This document shows, in pieces, positions 1 to 63,973 of a stretch of DNA of 64,000 bases; within the stretch, counting starts at the first letter, position 1, and each line of letters opens with the position of its first letter. Under the pieces are notes generated by a model. It searched no databases. It had not been told where the DNA came from and worked only from the letters and a program-made list of their open reading frames with translations. The stretch is from the NCBI RefSeq assembly GCF_009914755.1, contig NC_060930.1; one strand, given 5' to 3'. A program made the position numbers and the translations under genes. This DNA comes from the human T2T-CHM13v2.0 reference genome, Homo sapiens.

Positions 1-1
1 C

Positions 2-940
2 CAGATTCACGACCTGGTCCTGGTCGGGGGCTCCACCCGCATCCCCAAGGTGCAGAAGCTGCTGCAAGACTTCTTCAACGGGCGCGACCTGAACAAGAGC
101 ATCAACCCCGACGAGGCTGTGGCCTACGGGGCGGCGGTGCAGGCGGCCATCCTGATGGGGGACAAGTCCGAGAACGTGCAGGACCTGCTGCTGCTGGACG
201 TGGCTCCCCTGTCGCTGGGGCTGGAGACGGCCGGAGGCGTGATGACTGCCCTGATCAAGCGCAACTCCACCATCCCCACCAAGCAGACGCAGATCTTCAC
301 CACCTACTCCGACAACCAACCCGGGGTGCTGATCCAGGTGTACGAGGGCGAGAGGGCCATGACGAAAGACAACAATCTGTTGGGGCGCTTCGAGCTGAGC
401 GGCATCCCTCCGGCCCCCAGGGGCGTGCCCCAGATCGAGGTGACCTTCGACATCGATGCCAACGGCATCCTGAACGTCACGGCCACGGACAAGAGCACCG
501 GCAAGGCCAACAAGATCACCATCACCAACGACAAGGGCCGCCTGAGCAAGGAGGAGATCGAGCGCATGGTGCAGGAGGCGGAGAAGTACAAAGCGGAGGA
601 CGAGGTGCAGCGCGAGAGGGTGTCAGCCAAGAACGCCCTGGAGTCCTACGCCTTCAACATGAAGAGCGCCGTGGAGGATGAGGGGCTCAAGGGCAAGATC
701 AGCGAGGCGGACAAGAAGAAGGTTCTGGACAAGTGTCAAGAGGTCATCTCGTGGCTGGACGCCAACACCTTGGCCGAGAAGGACGAGTTTGAGCACAAGA
801 GGAAGGAGCTGGAGCAGGTGTGTAACCCCATCATCAGCGGACTGTACCAGGGTGCCGGTGGTCCCGGGCCTGGGGGCTTCGGGGCTCAGGGTCCCAAGGG
901 AGGGTCTGGGTCAGGCCCTACCATTGAGGAGGTGGATTAG
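2..940 (+). CDS. HSPA1B: Heat shock 70 kDa protein 1B, C-terminal part (5'-partial; intronless; window starts near Q330)
   Basis: Frame from position 2 reads [43 protein letters not shown]...[15 protein letters not shown] at 938-940. The 3'UTR (GGGCCTTTGTTCTTTAGTATG...) and the position upstream of SNHG32 identify 1B rather than 1A. Confidence 0.97.
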   Translation, partial: QIHDLVLVGGSTRIPKVQKLLQDFFNGRDLNKSINPDEAVAYGAAVQAAILMGDKSENVQDLLLLDVAPLSLGLETAGGVMTALIKRNSTIPTKQTQIFTTYSDNQPGVLIQVYEGERAMTKDNNLLGRFELSGIPPAPRGVPQIEVTFDIDANGILNVTATDKSTGKANKITITNDKGRLSKEEIERMVQEAEKYKAEDEVQRERVSAKNALESYAFNMKSAVEDEGLKGKISEADKKKVLDKCQEVISWLDANTLAEKDEFEHKRKELEQVCNPIISGLYQGAGGPGPGGFGAQGPKGGSGSGPTIEEVD

Positions 941-1325
941 GGGCCTTTGTTCTTTAGTATGTTTGTCTTTGAGGTGGACTGTTGGGACTCAAGGACTTTG
1001 CTGCTGTTTTCCTATGTCATTTCTGCTTCAGCTCTTTGCTGCTTCACTTCTTTGTAAAGTTGTAACCTGATGGTAATTAGCTGGCTTCATTATTTTTGTA
1101 GTACAACCGATATGTTCATTAGAATTCTTTGCATTTAATGTTGATACTGTAAGGGTGTTTCGTTCCCTTTAAATGAATCAACACTGCCACCTTCTGTACG
1201 AGTTTGTTTGTTTTTTTTTTTTTTTTTTTTTTTGCTTGGCGAAAACACTACAAAGGCTGGGAATGTATGTTTTTATAATTTGTTTATTTAAATATGAAAA
1301 ATAAAATGTTAAACTTTTTCTTGTC
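941..1325 (+). terminator. HSPA1B: HSPA1B 3'UTR with AU/U-rich elements and poly(A) signal AATAAA at 1300-1305
   Basis: ATTTA motifs, long U-tract at about 1210-1233, AATAAA followed by a U/GU-rich downstream element. 3' end is approximate. Confidence 0.85.
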
Positions 1326-1677
1326 TGTTAATATGTGAAGATAATGGATATTTGCGGAGGGATAGTGTCTGAATACCATCTATCTTTATAGTCTGAAAAG
1401 AACAGTACTGCTGAAGAGTTATACGTGTAGGAGTTAGAGCTACACATATTTTTGTTTGGGCTTAATTGTGGGCCTTAAGAGAAATTGCAGGTGCCCGTCT
1501 TGATTAGAGTGGGGCTTGTTTCAGGGAAAAGTCGGATGGCAGCTGCAAAACGGTATTGGAGGGGTGGTTGAGGTGGGTTCACTGGGGCGGGGAGGGGAGG
1601 GGTGGTGCTGAGATGGGATTATGGTGGTTTTCTCTCCCTCTTCTACTTAGTGAGCGGAGTCCACAAAAAAATGCTGA

Positions 1678-5465
<3,788 letters not shown>

Positions 5466-5499
5466 TTTGGGTTTTTGGTTTTTGTTTTGTTTTGTTTAA

Positions 5500-5990
5500 T
5501 TGAAGGTTAGGGTGCCTGACAGTCTGCGGGATCGAACTGGGAGGCAAATTCAGATTTCGCTGGGGGAACGGAGTGCGAAGTGTCAGGGTAGCTGGACGCT
5601 AAACTGGCGCAGCTGCGCGCGCCCGCGCGCGCGCGGGAAGAGTCCCAGGGTCATTAACGGACCATGGGCTGCTGGGAAACGGCTTAGGAGCAGCACCCGG
5701 CTGGCGCTGGCCGGCCGGCGCCGGGGACTTTCTTCCGCCTGGCCAGACAGATCCCTGTTTTTTGTTTTTCAAAATTCAGAAAGCATCTCCGAATATTTGC
5801 CCAGAGGAGTGTGAAACATACTTTCCTGGTCTTTCTTTCACTTTGTTTTATTTCTGTGTGGACAAACAATGGGGAAAATGCCGCGCGTCTAGCCAGGCAG
5901 ATAAGAAAACAACTATACCCGTCAGGCCCCCAACCCGGCGCCGCCATAAATGGCCCCGGCCTCGCCATTTTAGTTCTTTTTGCGAAGTGG
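5500..5990 (+). promoter_or_regulatory. SNHG32 CpG-island promoter with (CG)n tract, YY1-like GCCATTTT and TCT/5'TOP initiator
   Basis: CpG-rich. TGCGCGCGCCCGCGCGCGCGCG at 5614-5635, CGCCATTTT at 5963-5971, TC(+1)TTTTT at 5975-5981, typical of snoRNA-host TOP genes. Confidence 0.75.
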
Positions 5991-6322
5991 GCTCGTGGGT
6001 TGGCAGTATGAGAGTTGTAATGGCCCGACTGTTGAGTGAGGGGGAGCAGGGGATCCCAACGGCTTGCGCTGCCTTTGCGCAGCAGCCGGCGGGCGGCCAC
6101 GTCGCGGCCTGGCTGGGGTAGGAGAGGGCGGTCCCCAGTGCAGTTGGGTGAACTACCGTTGCACACTGGAGTTTCTGGTGTCTTTGCTTGGAACTGACCT
6201 AGCTCGTGGCAGGGGGAACTCGGCTAGCGGCCCCACAGCCCCTGCTGACTCAAAACAACTGTGAGTGGGGTTGGGCGAGTGATTGCAAAATGGGGGTGGC
6301 GGTCGCCCGGGGATAGGAAGGG

Positions 6323-6385
6323 AGTGATGATGACCCCAGGTAACTCTGAGTGTGTCGCTGATGCCATCACCGCAGCGCTCTGACC
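6323..6385 (+). ncRNA. SNORD48: Box C/D snoRNA U48 (RNU48)
   Basis: AGTGATGATGACCCCAGGTAACTCTGAGTGTGTCGCTGATGCCATCACCGCAGCGCTCTGACC; box C, box D CTGA at 6380-6383; guide TCACCGCAGCG complementary to 28S rRNA CGCUGCGGUGA. Confidence 0.95.
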
Positions 6386-6605
6386 GCCCCCTCGGTCCAG
6401 CATTTCTCAGGCTCAACGAGTTCATGGCCAAGATTCCTAATCTTTTGTTCTGTTTCATTTCCCCGTTAGGAGTTGTAAGACGTTCATCGCCGTGTTATCC
6501 TTGAGTAAAGGTGAGTATTAGGTGCGAGAGCCTTTTGAATGCCTCTTCGGAAAGCTTTGTTCCCAAGCAAGCTTTCGTTCATGGGCATTATGCGCCTCCC
6601 TGCCC

Positions 6606-7866
6606 TTTTTTTTTTTTTTTTTTTTTGAGACAGTCTCGCCTTGTCACCCAGGCTGAAGTGCGGTGGCACGATCTCACTGCAACCTGCGCCTTCTGGGATC
6701 AAGCGATTCTCCTGCCTCAGCCTCCCGATTAGCTGGGATTACAGGCGCATGCCACCAAGCCTGGCTAATTTTTTGTATTTTTTAATAGATAAGGGGTTTC
6801 ACTGTGTTAGCCAGGATGGTCTCGATCTGCTGACCTCGTGATCCGCCCCTCTCGGCCTCCCAAAGTGCTGGGATTACAGGCGTGAGCCACCGCGCCCGGC
6901 CTTTTTTTTTTTTTTTTTTTTAAGACAGCCTCCCTGTCACCCTGGCTGGAATGCAGTGGCAAGAACACAATTCAGTGCGGCCTTCAACTCCCGGGTTTAA
7001 CCGATTCTCCCACCTTAGCCAATTTTTTCCTTTTTTTTTTTTTTTTTTGAGATGGAGTCTTGATCTTGTTGCCCGGGCTGGCAATGGTACGATCTCCCTG
7101 CAACCTCTGCCTCCCGGGTTCAATCGATTGTCCTGCCTCAGCCTGCCGATTAGCTGGGACTACAGGCCCGCGCCACCACACTCGGCTAATTTTTCTGTTT
7201 TTAGTAGAAGGGGTTTCACCATGTTGGCCAGGATGGTCTCCATCTCCTGACCTCGTGAGCCGCTGTGCCCGGCCACTTTTTCTTTTTTGAGCTATAATCC
7301 ATGTACCACAGGTGGTGACTTCCATTTGTTTGTTTTTGCTATTTTGTTTTTGAGACAGGGCGCAATGCCAGGATCTCCCTGCAACATCCACCGTCAGGGC
7401 TCAAGTGGTCTTTCCACCTCAGCTTCCTGGGACTGCAGGCACGTGCTACCACCACGCCTGGCTAATTTTTAGTTTTTTTACAGAAGCGGGCTTTTGCCAT
7501 GTTGTCCAGGCTGGTCTCTACTCCTGGGCTCAAGCAGTCCTCCTGCCTCAGTCTCCCAAAGTGCTGGAATTACAGGGGTGAGTTGCTGCGTCTGGTGTTG
7601 GTGACTTTCTAGAGATTACTTTTTGGTTTACATCATTTTCCTTGTGACTATTTTTACTTTTTTGGGGGGCGGGGGGACAGTCTTACTCTTTTTAGTTTAC
7701 ATCATTTTCCTTGTGACTATTCTATTTTTACTTTTTTAGGGGGCGGGGGGACATGAGTCTCACTCATGTTGGTCAGGCTGGTCTCAAACTCCTGACCTCA
7801 GTTGATCCACGCCCTTCGGCCTCCCAAAGTGCCGGGATTACAGGCGTGAGCCACTTTGCCCGGCCT
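6606..7866 (-). mobile_element. Tandem antisense Alu elements in SNHG32 intron 2
   Basis: T-tails followed by Alu reverse-complement sequence at about 6606-6901, 6902-7274, 7340-7598 and 7750-7866. Confidence 0.88.
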
Positions 7867-8135
7867 GTATTTTTACGTTTTAATAAATCCCCGTATTTTT
7901 GTTAAAGGCTGGGTAACCTGACTCCTCCCCTCATTTCTACTGCAAAATAGGAGTACACTGGGGCCTCCCAGTGGAGCTGTTCTCTGCTGTTTTAAATTAC
8001 TTTCTACTCCTCCCTTTCTAACGTCCACTCCTGGACTCATTTGTTAGATCAATATATACTGGGACTGTTGTGTTTTCTTTGAGTGTACTAGATCTCTTTC
8101 CAGAAGAGCTTCCCTTGATCCAGATCTCCCTAATT

Positions 8136-8202
8136 GGGAATGATGATTTCACAGACTAGAGTCTCCGATGCTGGTCATGATGTCAAAACTAAGTTCTGAC
8201 TC
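8136..8202 (+). ncRNA. SNORD52: Box C/D snoRNA U52
   Basis: GGGAATGATGATTTCACAGACTAGAGTCTCCGATGCTGGTCATGATGTCAAAACTAAGTTCTGACTC; D' guide CAGACTAGAGTC complementary to 28S GACUCUAGUCUG (Um3904 region); box D at 8196-8199. Confidence 0.95.
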
Positions 8203-8388
8203 ATTTAGGGAACTGGATACTTGGGTCTCCAGAAGGGCCAATGGGAGGGCCATAATTCTGTTTATTTTCAAATTGTCTTGTTTTCACCTTGTTAGAATGA
8301 ACTCTGGAAGCCCAGCCAGGGACAATGCACCTTCACAGAGATTCTGCACTAATCTGAGTGAAGGTCTAAGGTTTGGAATCTCCCCCTC

Positions 8389-10722
<2,334 letters not shown>

Positions 10723-10866
10723 GGGGCACTTCAAGTAGATAGCTTCTATTTCCTATATTTGTCTTATATACAAGTATTTGCTTTTATCAAAATAATTCCA
10801 ATAAAGCATTTTAAAGTAAAGAAGACGTGGTTTGGTCTCAGAACAATGGTACAAAAAGATTAAGGG

Positions 10867-22263
<11,397 letters not shown>

Positions 22264-22937
22264 TACTTTTTCCTATTCCCTCCTTGTCATGACTTTTGGT
22301 TGGAAGGATTACATTAGCAAAAAAGTATCCATGGTCCCTGGTCCCTGGTATTTGCTGTTCAGGTCAGTGTTCATTGTTACTGTCTCTTTCCCTTATTTAA
22401 GGGACAGCTGAGAAGACAGAGAGAGCTTGAGCTGGTTTGATCCTAAGCAAAGGGGCTGGGAGTGGGGATCAATGTGTGAAGGGAAGGAGGGCCATGCAAG
22501 GTGAAAGGGGATGTTGGGGAAAGGGTTTCATGCTAGAATTTGGCTGCTGATCCAGCGGGCACTCACCAGGCAATGATGTGCAAAGTCCACCGTAAAAAGA
22601 AAACAAAACTTCAGGACTCTAAGTTTATGCCAAGATGGAAGTTAAGCCTTGGAGACTGAGTCATGTAGCATGTTTGCAATTCTGCTTCTTACAGACTCTC
22701 CTCCTCATTGCTCTTGTTCTGTAATGAGACCTCCTTTCCAATCACTGATCTTTGTTGTAGATTAACTGCCTCCTTTATTGTCCTGTACCTGACTCAGACC
22801 AGATGGCACCCAAGACCCCATGACTATTGCATCTTCAGTGTGGAATGTAAAAAACACCTTCCCCCACCCCCCAAAAAAGAAAAAAAAAATTGACTAATCA
22901 GATCATTGTAACTATGCAATAAGCCTTACCATAGAAC

Positions 22938-24177
22938 TGAGAGTTGACAGCGTGCTGACAGCCCTCGCAGCCCTTGCTGGCTCTCGGCGCCTCCTCGGCC
23001 TTGGCGCCCATTCTGGCCGCGCTTGAGGAGCCCTTCAGCCCGCCACTGCACCGTGGGAGCCTTCTCTGGGCTGGCCGAGGCCGGAGCCGGCTCCCTCGGC
23101 TTGCGGGGAGGTGTGGAGGGAGAGGCGCGGGCGGGAACCGGGGCTGCACGCAGCGCTTGTGGGCCAGCGCAAGTTCCGGGTGGGCGTGGGCTCGGCTGCC
23201 CCGCTCTTGGAGCGGCAGGCTGGCCCACAAGCCCCGGGCAGGGCAGTGAGGGGTTTAGCACCTGGGCCAGCAGCTTGCTGTGCTCGATTTCTCACGGGGC
23301 CTTAGCTGCCTCACCACAGGACAGGACTCAGGACCTGCAGCCCGCCATGCCTGAGCCCCAACCCCGCCGTGGGCTCCTGTGCTGCAGAGCCTCCCCGACG
23401 AGCGCCACCCCCTGCTCCACGGCCCCCAGTCCCATCAACCTCCCAAGGGCTGAAGAGTGCAGGCGCATGGGGCAGGACTGGCAAGCAGCTCCACCTGCGG
23501 CCCCAGTGCGGGATCCACTGGGTGAAGCCAGCTGGGCTCCTGAGTGTGGTGGGGACTTGGAGAACCTTTATGTCTAGCTAAGGGATTGTAAATACACCAA
23601 TCGGCACTCTGTATCTAGCTCAAGGTTTGTAAATATACCAATCAGCATCCTGTGTCTAGCTCAGGGTTTGTAAATGCACCAATCGACACTGTATCTAGCT
23701 AATCTAGTGAGGACATGGAGAACTTTTGTGTCTAGCTCAGGGATTGTAAACGCACCAATCAGCACCCTGTCAAAATGGACCAATCAGCTCTCTGTAAAAC
23801 GGACCAATCAGCTCTCTGTAAAATGGACCAATCAGCAGGATGTGGGTGGGGCCAGATAAGGGAATAAAAGCAGGCTGCCTGAGTGAGTAGTGACATCCCG
23901 CTCTGGTCATTTTCCATAGAGTGGAAAGTTTGTTATTTCCGTCTTTGCAATAAATTTTATTGCTATTTGTTCTTTGGGTCCACACTACTTTTATGAGGTG
24001 TAACACTCACCGCAGGGGTATGCAGTTTCACTCCTGACGCTAGCGAGAGCACGAACCCCCCGGGAGGAACAAACAACTCCAGAGGCGCCGCATTTAAGAA
24101 CTGTAACACTCCCCGTGAGGGTCTGCGGCCTCATTCTTTAAATCAATGAGACCAAGAACCCACCAATTGTGAACACA
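22938..24177 (+). mobile_element. LTR12C-type (HERV9) solo LTR
   Basis: Starts TGAGAGTTGACAGCGTGCTG, ends ..CCAATTGTGAACACA; 4-bp TSD GAAC (22934-22937 / 24178-24181); tandem CCAAT repeats 23598-23833; AGATAAG 23854; AATAAA TATA-like 23863; poly(A) signal 23949. Confidence 0.93.
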
Positions 24178-24325
24178 GAACAATGTTGAAATTCTAAGTT
24201 TCCATAAACTTTCTGTTTATATAAGCGATTCCAAACTTCTACACTTTTGGAACATAGACTAATATTCTTTGGAATCTTCAGCTCTAGACGGGCCACTTCC
24301 TCAACATTTGCAGTTGGATAAACTC

Positions 24326-24328
<3 letters not shown>

Positions 24329-24357
<29 letters not shown>

Positions 24358-26623
24358 TTTTTTTATTGATAATTCTTGGGTGTTTCTCACAGAGGGGGAT
24401 TTGGCAGGGTCATGGGACAATAGTGGAGGGAAGGTCAGCAGATAAACAAGTGAACAAAGGTCTCTGGTTTTCCTAGGCAGAGGACCCTGCGGCCTTCCGC
24501 AGTGTTTGTGTCCCTGATTACTTGAGATTAGGGATTGGTGATGACTCCCAACGAGCACCCTGCCTTCAAGCATCTGTTTAACAAAGCACATCTTGCACCG
24601 CCCTTAATCCATTTAACCCTGAGTGGACACAGCACATGTTTCAGAGAGCACAGGGTTGGGGGTAAGGTCACAGATCAACAGGATCCCAAGGCAGAGGAAT
24701 TTTTCTTAGTGCAGAACAAAATGAAAAGTCTCCCATGTCTACTTCTTTCTACACAGACACGGCAACCATCCGATTTCTCAATCTTTTCCCCACCTTTCCT
24801 GCCTTTCTATTCCACAAAGCCGCCATTGTCATCCTGGCCCGTTCTCAATGAGCTGTTGGGCACACCTCCCAGACGGGGTGGTGGCCGCGCAGAGGGGCTC
24901 CTCACTTCCCAGTAGGGGCGGCCGGGCAGAGGCGCCCCTCACCTCCCGGACGGGGCGGCTGGCCGGGCGGGGGGGCTGACCCCCCCCACCTCCCTCCCGG
25001 ACGGGGCGGCTGGCCGGGCGGGGGGCTGACACCCCCACCTCCCTCCCGGACGGGGCGGCTGGCCGGGCAGAGGGGCTCCTCACTTCCCAGTAGGGGCGGC
25101 CGGGCAGAGGCGCCCCTCACCTCCCGGACGGGGCGGCTGGCCGGGCGGGGGGGCTGACCCCCCCCACCTCCCTCCCGGACGGGGCGGCTGGCCGGGCGGG
25201 GGGCTGACACCCCCACCTCCCTCCCGGACGGGGCGGCTGGCCGGGCAGAGGGGCTCCTCACTTCCCAGTAGGGGCGGCCGGGCAGAGGCGCCCCTCACCT
25301 CCCAGACGGGGCGGCTGGCCGGGCGGAGGGCTGACCCCCCCACCTCCCTCCCGGACAGGGCGGCTGGCCAGGCGGGGGGCTGACCCCCCCACCTCCCTCC
25401 CAGACCGGGCGGCTGGCCGGGTGGGGGGGCTGACCCCCCCATCTCCCTCCCGGACGGGGTGGCTGGCCGGGCTGAGGGGCTCCTCACTTCCCAGTAGGGG
25501 TGGCCGGGCAGAGGCACCCCTCACCTCCCGGACGGGGCGGCTGGCCGGGCGGGGGGCTGACCCCCCCACCTCCCTCCCGGACGGCACGGCTGGCCAGGTG
25601 GGGGGCTGACCCCCCCACCTCCCTCCCGGATGGCACGGCTGGCCGGTCGGGGGGGCTGACCCCCCACCTCCCTCCCAGATGGGGCGGCTGGCCGGGCGGG
25701 GGGTTGACCCCCCCCACCTCCCTCCCGGACGGGGTGGCTGCCGGGCGGAGATGCTCCTCACTTCCCAGATGGGGTGGCTGCGGGGCGGAGAGGCTCCTCA
25801 CTTCTCAGACGGGGCAGTTGCCGGGTGGAGGGGCTCCTCACTTCTCAGACGGGGTGGTTGCCAGGCAGAGGGTCTCCTCACTTCTCAGACGGGGCGGCCG
25901 GGCAGAGACGCTCCTCACCTCCCAGACGGGGTCTCGGCCGGGCAGAGGCACTCCTCACATCCCAGATGGGGCGGCGGGGCAGAGGCGCTCCCCACATCTC
26001 AGACGATGGGCGGCCGGGCAGAGACGCTCCTCACTTCCTAGATGTGATGGCGGCTGGGAAGAGGCGCTCCTCACTTCCTAGATGGGATGGCGGCCGGGCG
26101 GAGACGCTCCTCACTTTCCAGACTGGGCAGCCAGGCAGAGGGGCTCCTCACATCCCAGACGATGGGCGGCCAGGCAGAGACGCTCCTCACTTCCCAGACG
26201 GGGTGGCGGCCGGGCAGAGGCTGCAATCTCGGCACTTTGGGAGGCCAAGGCAGGCGGCTGGGAGGTGTAGGTTGTAGTGAGCCGAGATCACGCCACTGCA
26301 CTCCAGCCTGGGCACCATTGAGCACTGAGTGAACGAGACTCCGTCTGCAATCCCGGCACCTCGGGAGGCTGAGGTTGGCGGGATCACTCGCGGTTAGGGG
26401 CTGGAGACCTGCCCGGCCAACACAGCGAAACCCCGTCTCCACCAAAACCAGTCAGGCATGGCGGCGCGTGCCTGCAATGGCAGGCACTGGGCAGGCTGAG
26501 GCAGGAGAATCAGGCAGGGAGGTTGCAGTGAGCCGAGATGGCAGCAGTACAGTCCAGCTTCGGCTCCGCATGAGAGGGAGACCGTGGGGAGAGGGAGACA
26601 GAGGGAGAGGGAGGGAGAGCCGG
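24329..26623 (-). mobile_element. Full-length SVA retrotransposon (young, SVA_E/F-like; subfamily tentative)
   Basis: Poly(A) tail (T-run to 24350), SINE-R about 24360-24860, GC-rich VNTR about 24860-26220, Alu-like domain about 26220-26585, short CCCTCT hexamer head; 14-bp TSD TGGATAAACTCTTT at 24315-24328 and 26624-26637. Confidence 0.96.
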
Positions 26624-26650
26624 TGGATAAACTCTTTAAACTAGATTCTA

Positions 26651-30281
<3,631 letters not shown>

Positions 30282-30958
30282 AGAGGGCATGTCAAAAGGA
30301 AAAGAGGATTTGATTTGCCAAAGTCAGATTTTCACAGGCAGTACGCACATCAGGTCTCTCCCCAGAACTCACCCAGGCTCACAAGGATACATGAGGAAAA
30401 CAGACACGAAGATGTGCATTGACAGAACCATAGAGACTCTACAAATATTCATTATCCTTCATTAAAAATTTTAAGTTACAAACATTTTGATTGATAGTCA
30501 GTCATGGTGGTGCACCTAGTCCTTACTCTGAAACCAAATATCCTGCCATCTGGGGACTTTCACCAGCCCTGTCGGTTATCTTACCGCAACACCAAAGAGG
30601 AGGCTCAGCCTTCCCCAGTTCCCTGAGTTCACATTGATTCAATTCTACAGCTCACTAGACCTGCCCAAGACAGGACCAATCAATGTCCCGGGAGGGCAGA
30701 GAGGGTGGTGGGGCCACACTTAGCCATATGGAAAGACAGTATTCTCAGATGAGGGCAGGACTTTTTTGTGGGAGAGGACGCCTAGCTTTCAGTCCTAAAG
30801 GAAGTGATTTCCCTGGTAAAGGGAAGGTGATTTTGCCAAGGCTGGAGTCTAAAGGAAGATGGAACTGTCTTTCAGGCGTCTCCAGCAGACCCTCTACAGA
30901 CCCGTGTTCCTGAAGGCAGAGTCCTGAAGGCAGAATACCCCTGTGGCAGTGGCACAGC

Positions 30959-34046
<3,088 letters not shown>

Positions 34047-34079
34047 CTAGACTCCACAGAGTCGGGAGTCAGCTGACCC

Positions 34080-34430
34080 GGACCCTTTAAAGCGCAGATG
34101 TCACCCTTAAGCCCGCCCCGGTCTGGAGGCCCCGCCGCGCTTCCCGGACTCTAATTGGTCTTCAAGTAGCTCATCTCCTCCCACGTGATCACGCAGCATC
34201 TCGAAGCTTGCCCTTCCGATTGGCCCTCTTGGAGGCCCTCTTGGAGGCCCGGAGCGCGTGACCCGAACGGGAAGCGGACTGGCTGGGGTGAAGAAGGGAC
34301 TGGCACCATCCTTATTGGGCTTTTTGATTGGCCGCGGCACCAGGACACGTCACAGGGGCGGGGCCGATTTTAAAGAGCCGGGCGCGGAAAAAAAAAGGCC
34401 GCCTGTCGTCGTGGAGAGAATGAGTCACAG
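34080..34430 (-). promoter_or_regulatory. NEU1 CpG-island promoter with CLEAR/E-box, CCAAT boxes and GC boxes
   Basis: CCACGTGATC at 34181-34190; ATTGG at about 34154, 34219, 34314, 34328; GGGGCGGGG at about 34355; TTTAAA at 34086. Confidence 0.75.
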
Positions 34431-34439
34431 ATTTACTGA

Positions 34440-34745
<306 letters not shown>

Positions 34746-34866
34746 TGAGCCACGGCGCCTGGCCTAAAACCTTTTTTTACCACAAAATGGAGACCTGTAA
34801 GGCGAAGTGAGGTTGGATGGCTGGACGGTGGGGGTGGGGTGCAGTCCTGGATCAGGGCCGGAGCTG

Positions 34867-50215
<15,349 letters not shown>

Positions 50216-50540
50216 GGCTCAGTCTCCGGAGTGATTGGAGCCCTGGAGACCTGGCGTCTCACCTGCTGCCCGCCCCGCCCTCCCACACGTCACAGCCCCA
50301 CCCCCGCCTGTGGTCCCCGACACACTCTAGTTCCTTCTTCTCAACTTTGTGCCCAGCGGGCTGGGGAGCTGGAGCCTGGGACGGGGGCTCAGGGCTATTT
50401 CCTGGGGGCACTACGGACCACAGTGAACGACCTGGCATGCTCTGATAAGAAAACGCTTTATAATCTCGCAAACTACCTTAACTGCCGTACACTCCCAACA
50501 CGCTCCCGCCAAAGATTAAAGTGTGGAAATTGGACCTGTT
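50216..50540 (-). promoter_or_regulatory. SLC44A4 proximal promoter
   Basis: GC boxes at about 50268-50280, CRE half-site TGACGT at about 50287-50292, HNF4-like GGCACAAAGTTGA at 50341-50353, GATA TGATAAG at about 50442. Confidence 0.55.
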
Positions 50541-50553
50541 TTTTCCTTTTTGA

Positions 50554-50845
<292 letters not shown>

Positions 50846-50993
50846 TAGTGGCCCCCCACCTCCCTGCCCCGCACTGGGCGGCCATCACACCAGCCACACC
50901 TGTCCAGCCTGCTTCCCATCCTATTCTGGCCCTTGGACCCACATTCCCTCTAGCCAAGTATGCTTTCTCCCCACCCCAACACAAAAATCGCAG

Positions 50994-51018
50994 TTTATTA
51001 CCAAACCCAACATTTATT
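50994..51018 (-). terminator. EHMT2: EHMT2 tandem poly(A) signals (AATAAA at 51013-51018 and 50994-50999)
   Basis: Two TTTATT on the + strand about 300 nt past the stop codon, followed by G/U-rich sequence on the - strand. Confidence 0.8.
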
Positions 51019-51318
51019 GAGAACAAAAGGAACCAGTTGGCATAGAGGCCCGACTTCAATTCATCAAACTTCAACTGAGGATGGGGAACACGGGGGGTGG
51101 CCAGCCCTGAAGTTGCCCTCCCAGGGAGGAACCAGCTCTGGGAGGGAGGGGCTGTCAGACCTCCAGGGCCTGGCTGGGATCTCTGGTCAGGAATGTGTGA
51201 AAGGGTGGTGGGGAGAGAAGATGGCAGCACCCCCAGGCATGGGCTGCGAGCAGCTGGTGGCAGAGGAGGCGGCTGAGCTGTGGCCATCCATGCTGGGGAG
51301 AGAGGGTGTGGTCCGTTC

Positions 51319-63973
<12,655 letters not shown>

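Noticed and set aside
23570-23840. Regularly spaced repeats superficially like a CRISPR array
   Set aside because: Normal tandem CCAAT-containing U3 units of LTR12; human DNA with no cas genes or unique spacers.
34222-34250. 12-bp tandem duplication GGCCCTCTTGGA in the NEU1 promoter (similar 14-bp repeat at 30908-30933)
   Set aside because: Ordinary slippage duplications with no assignable function.
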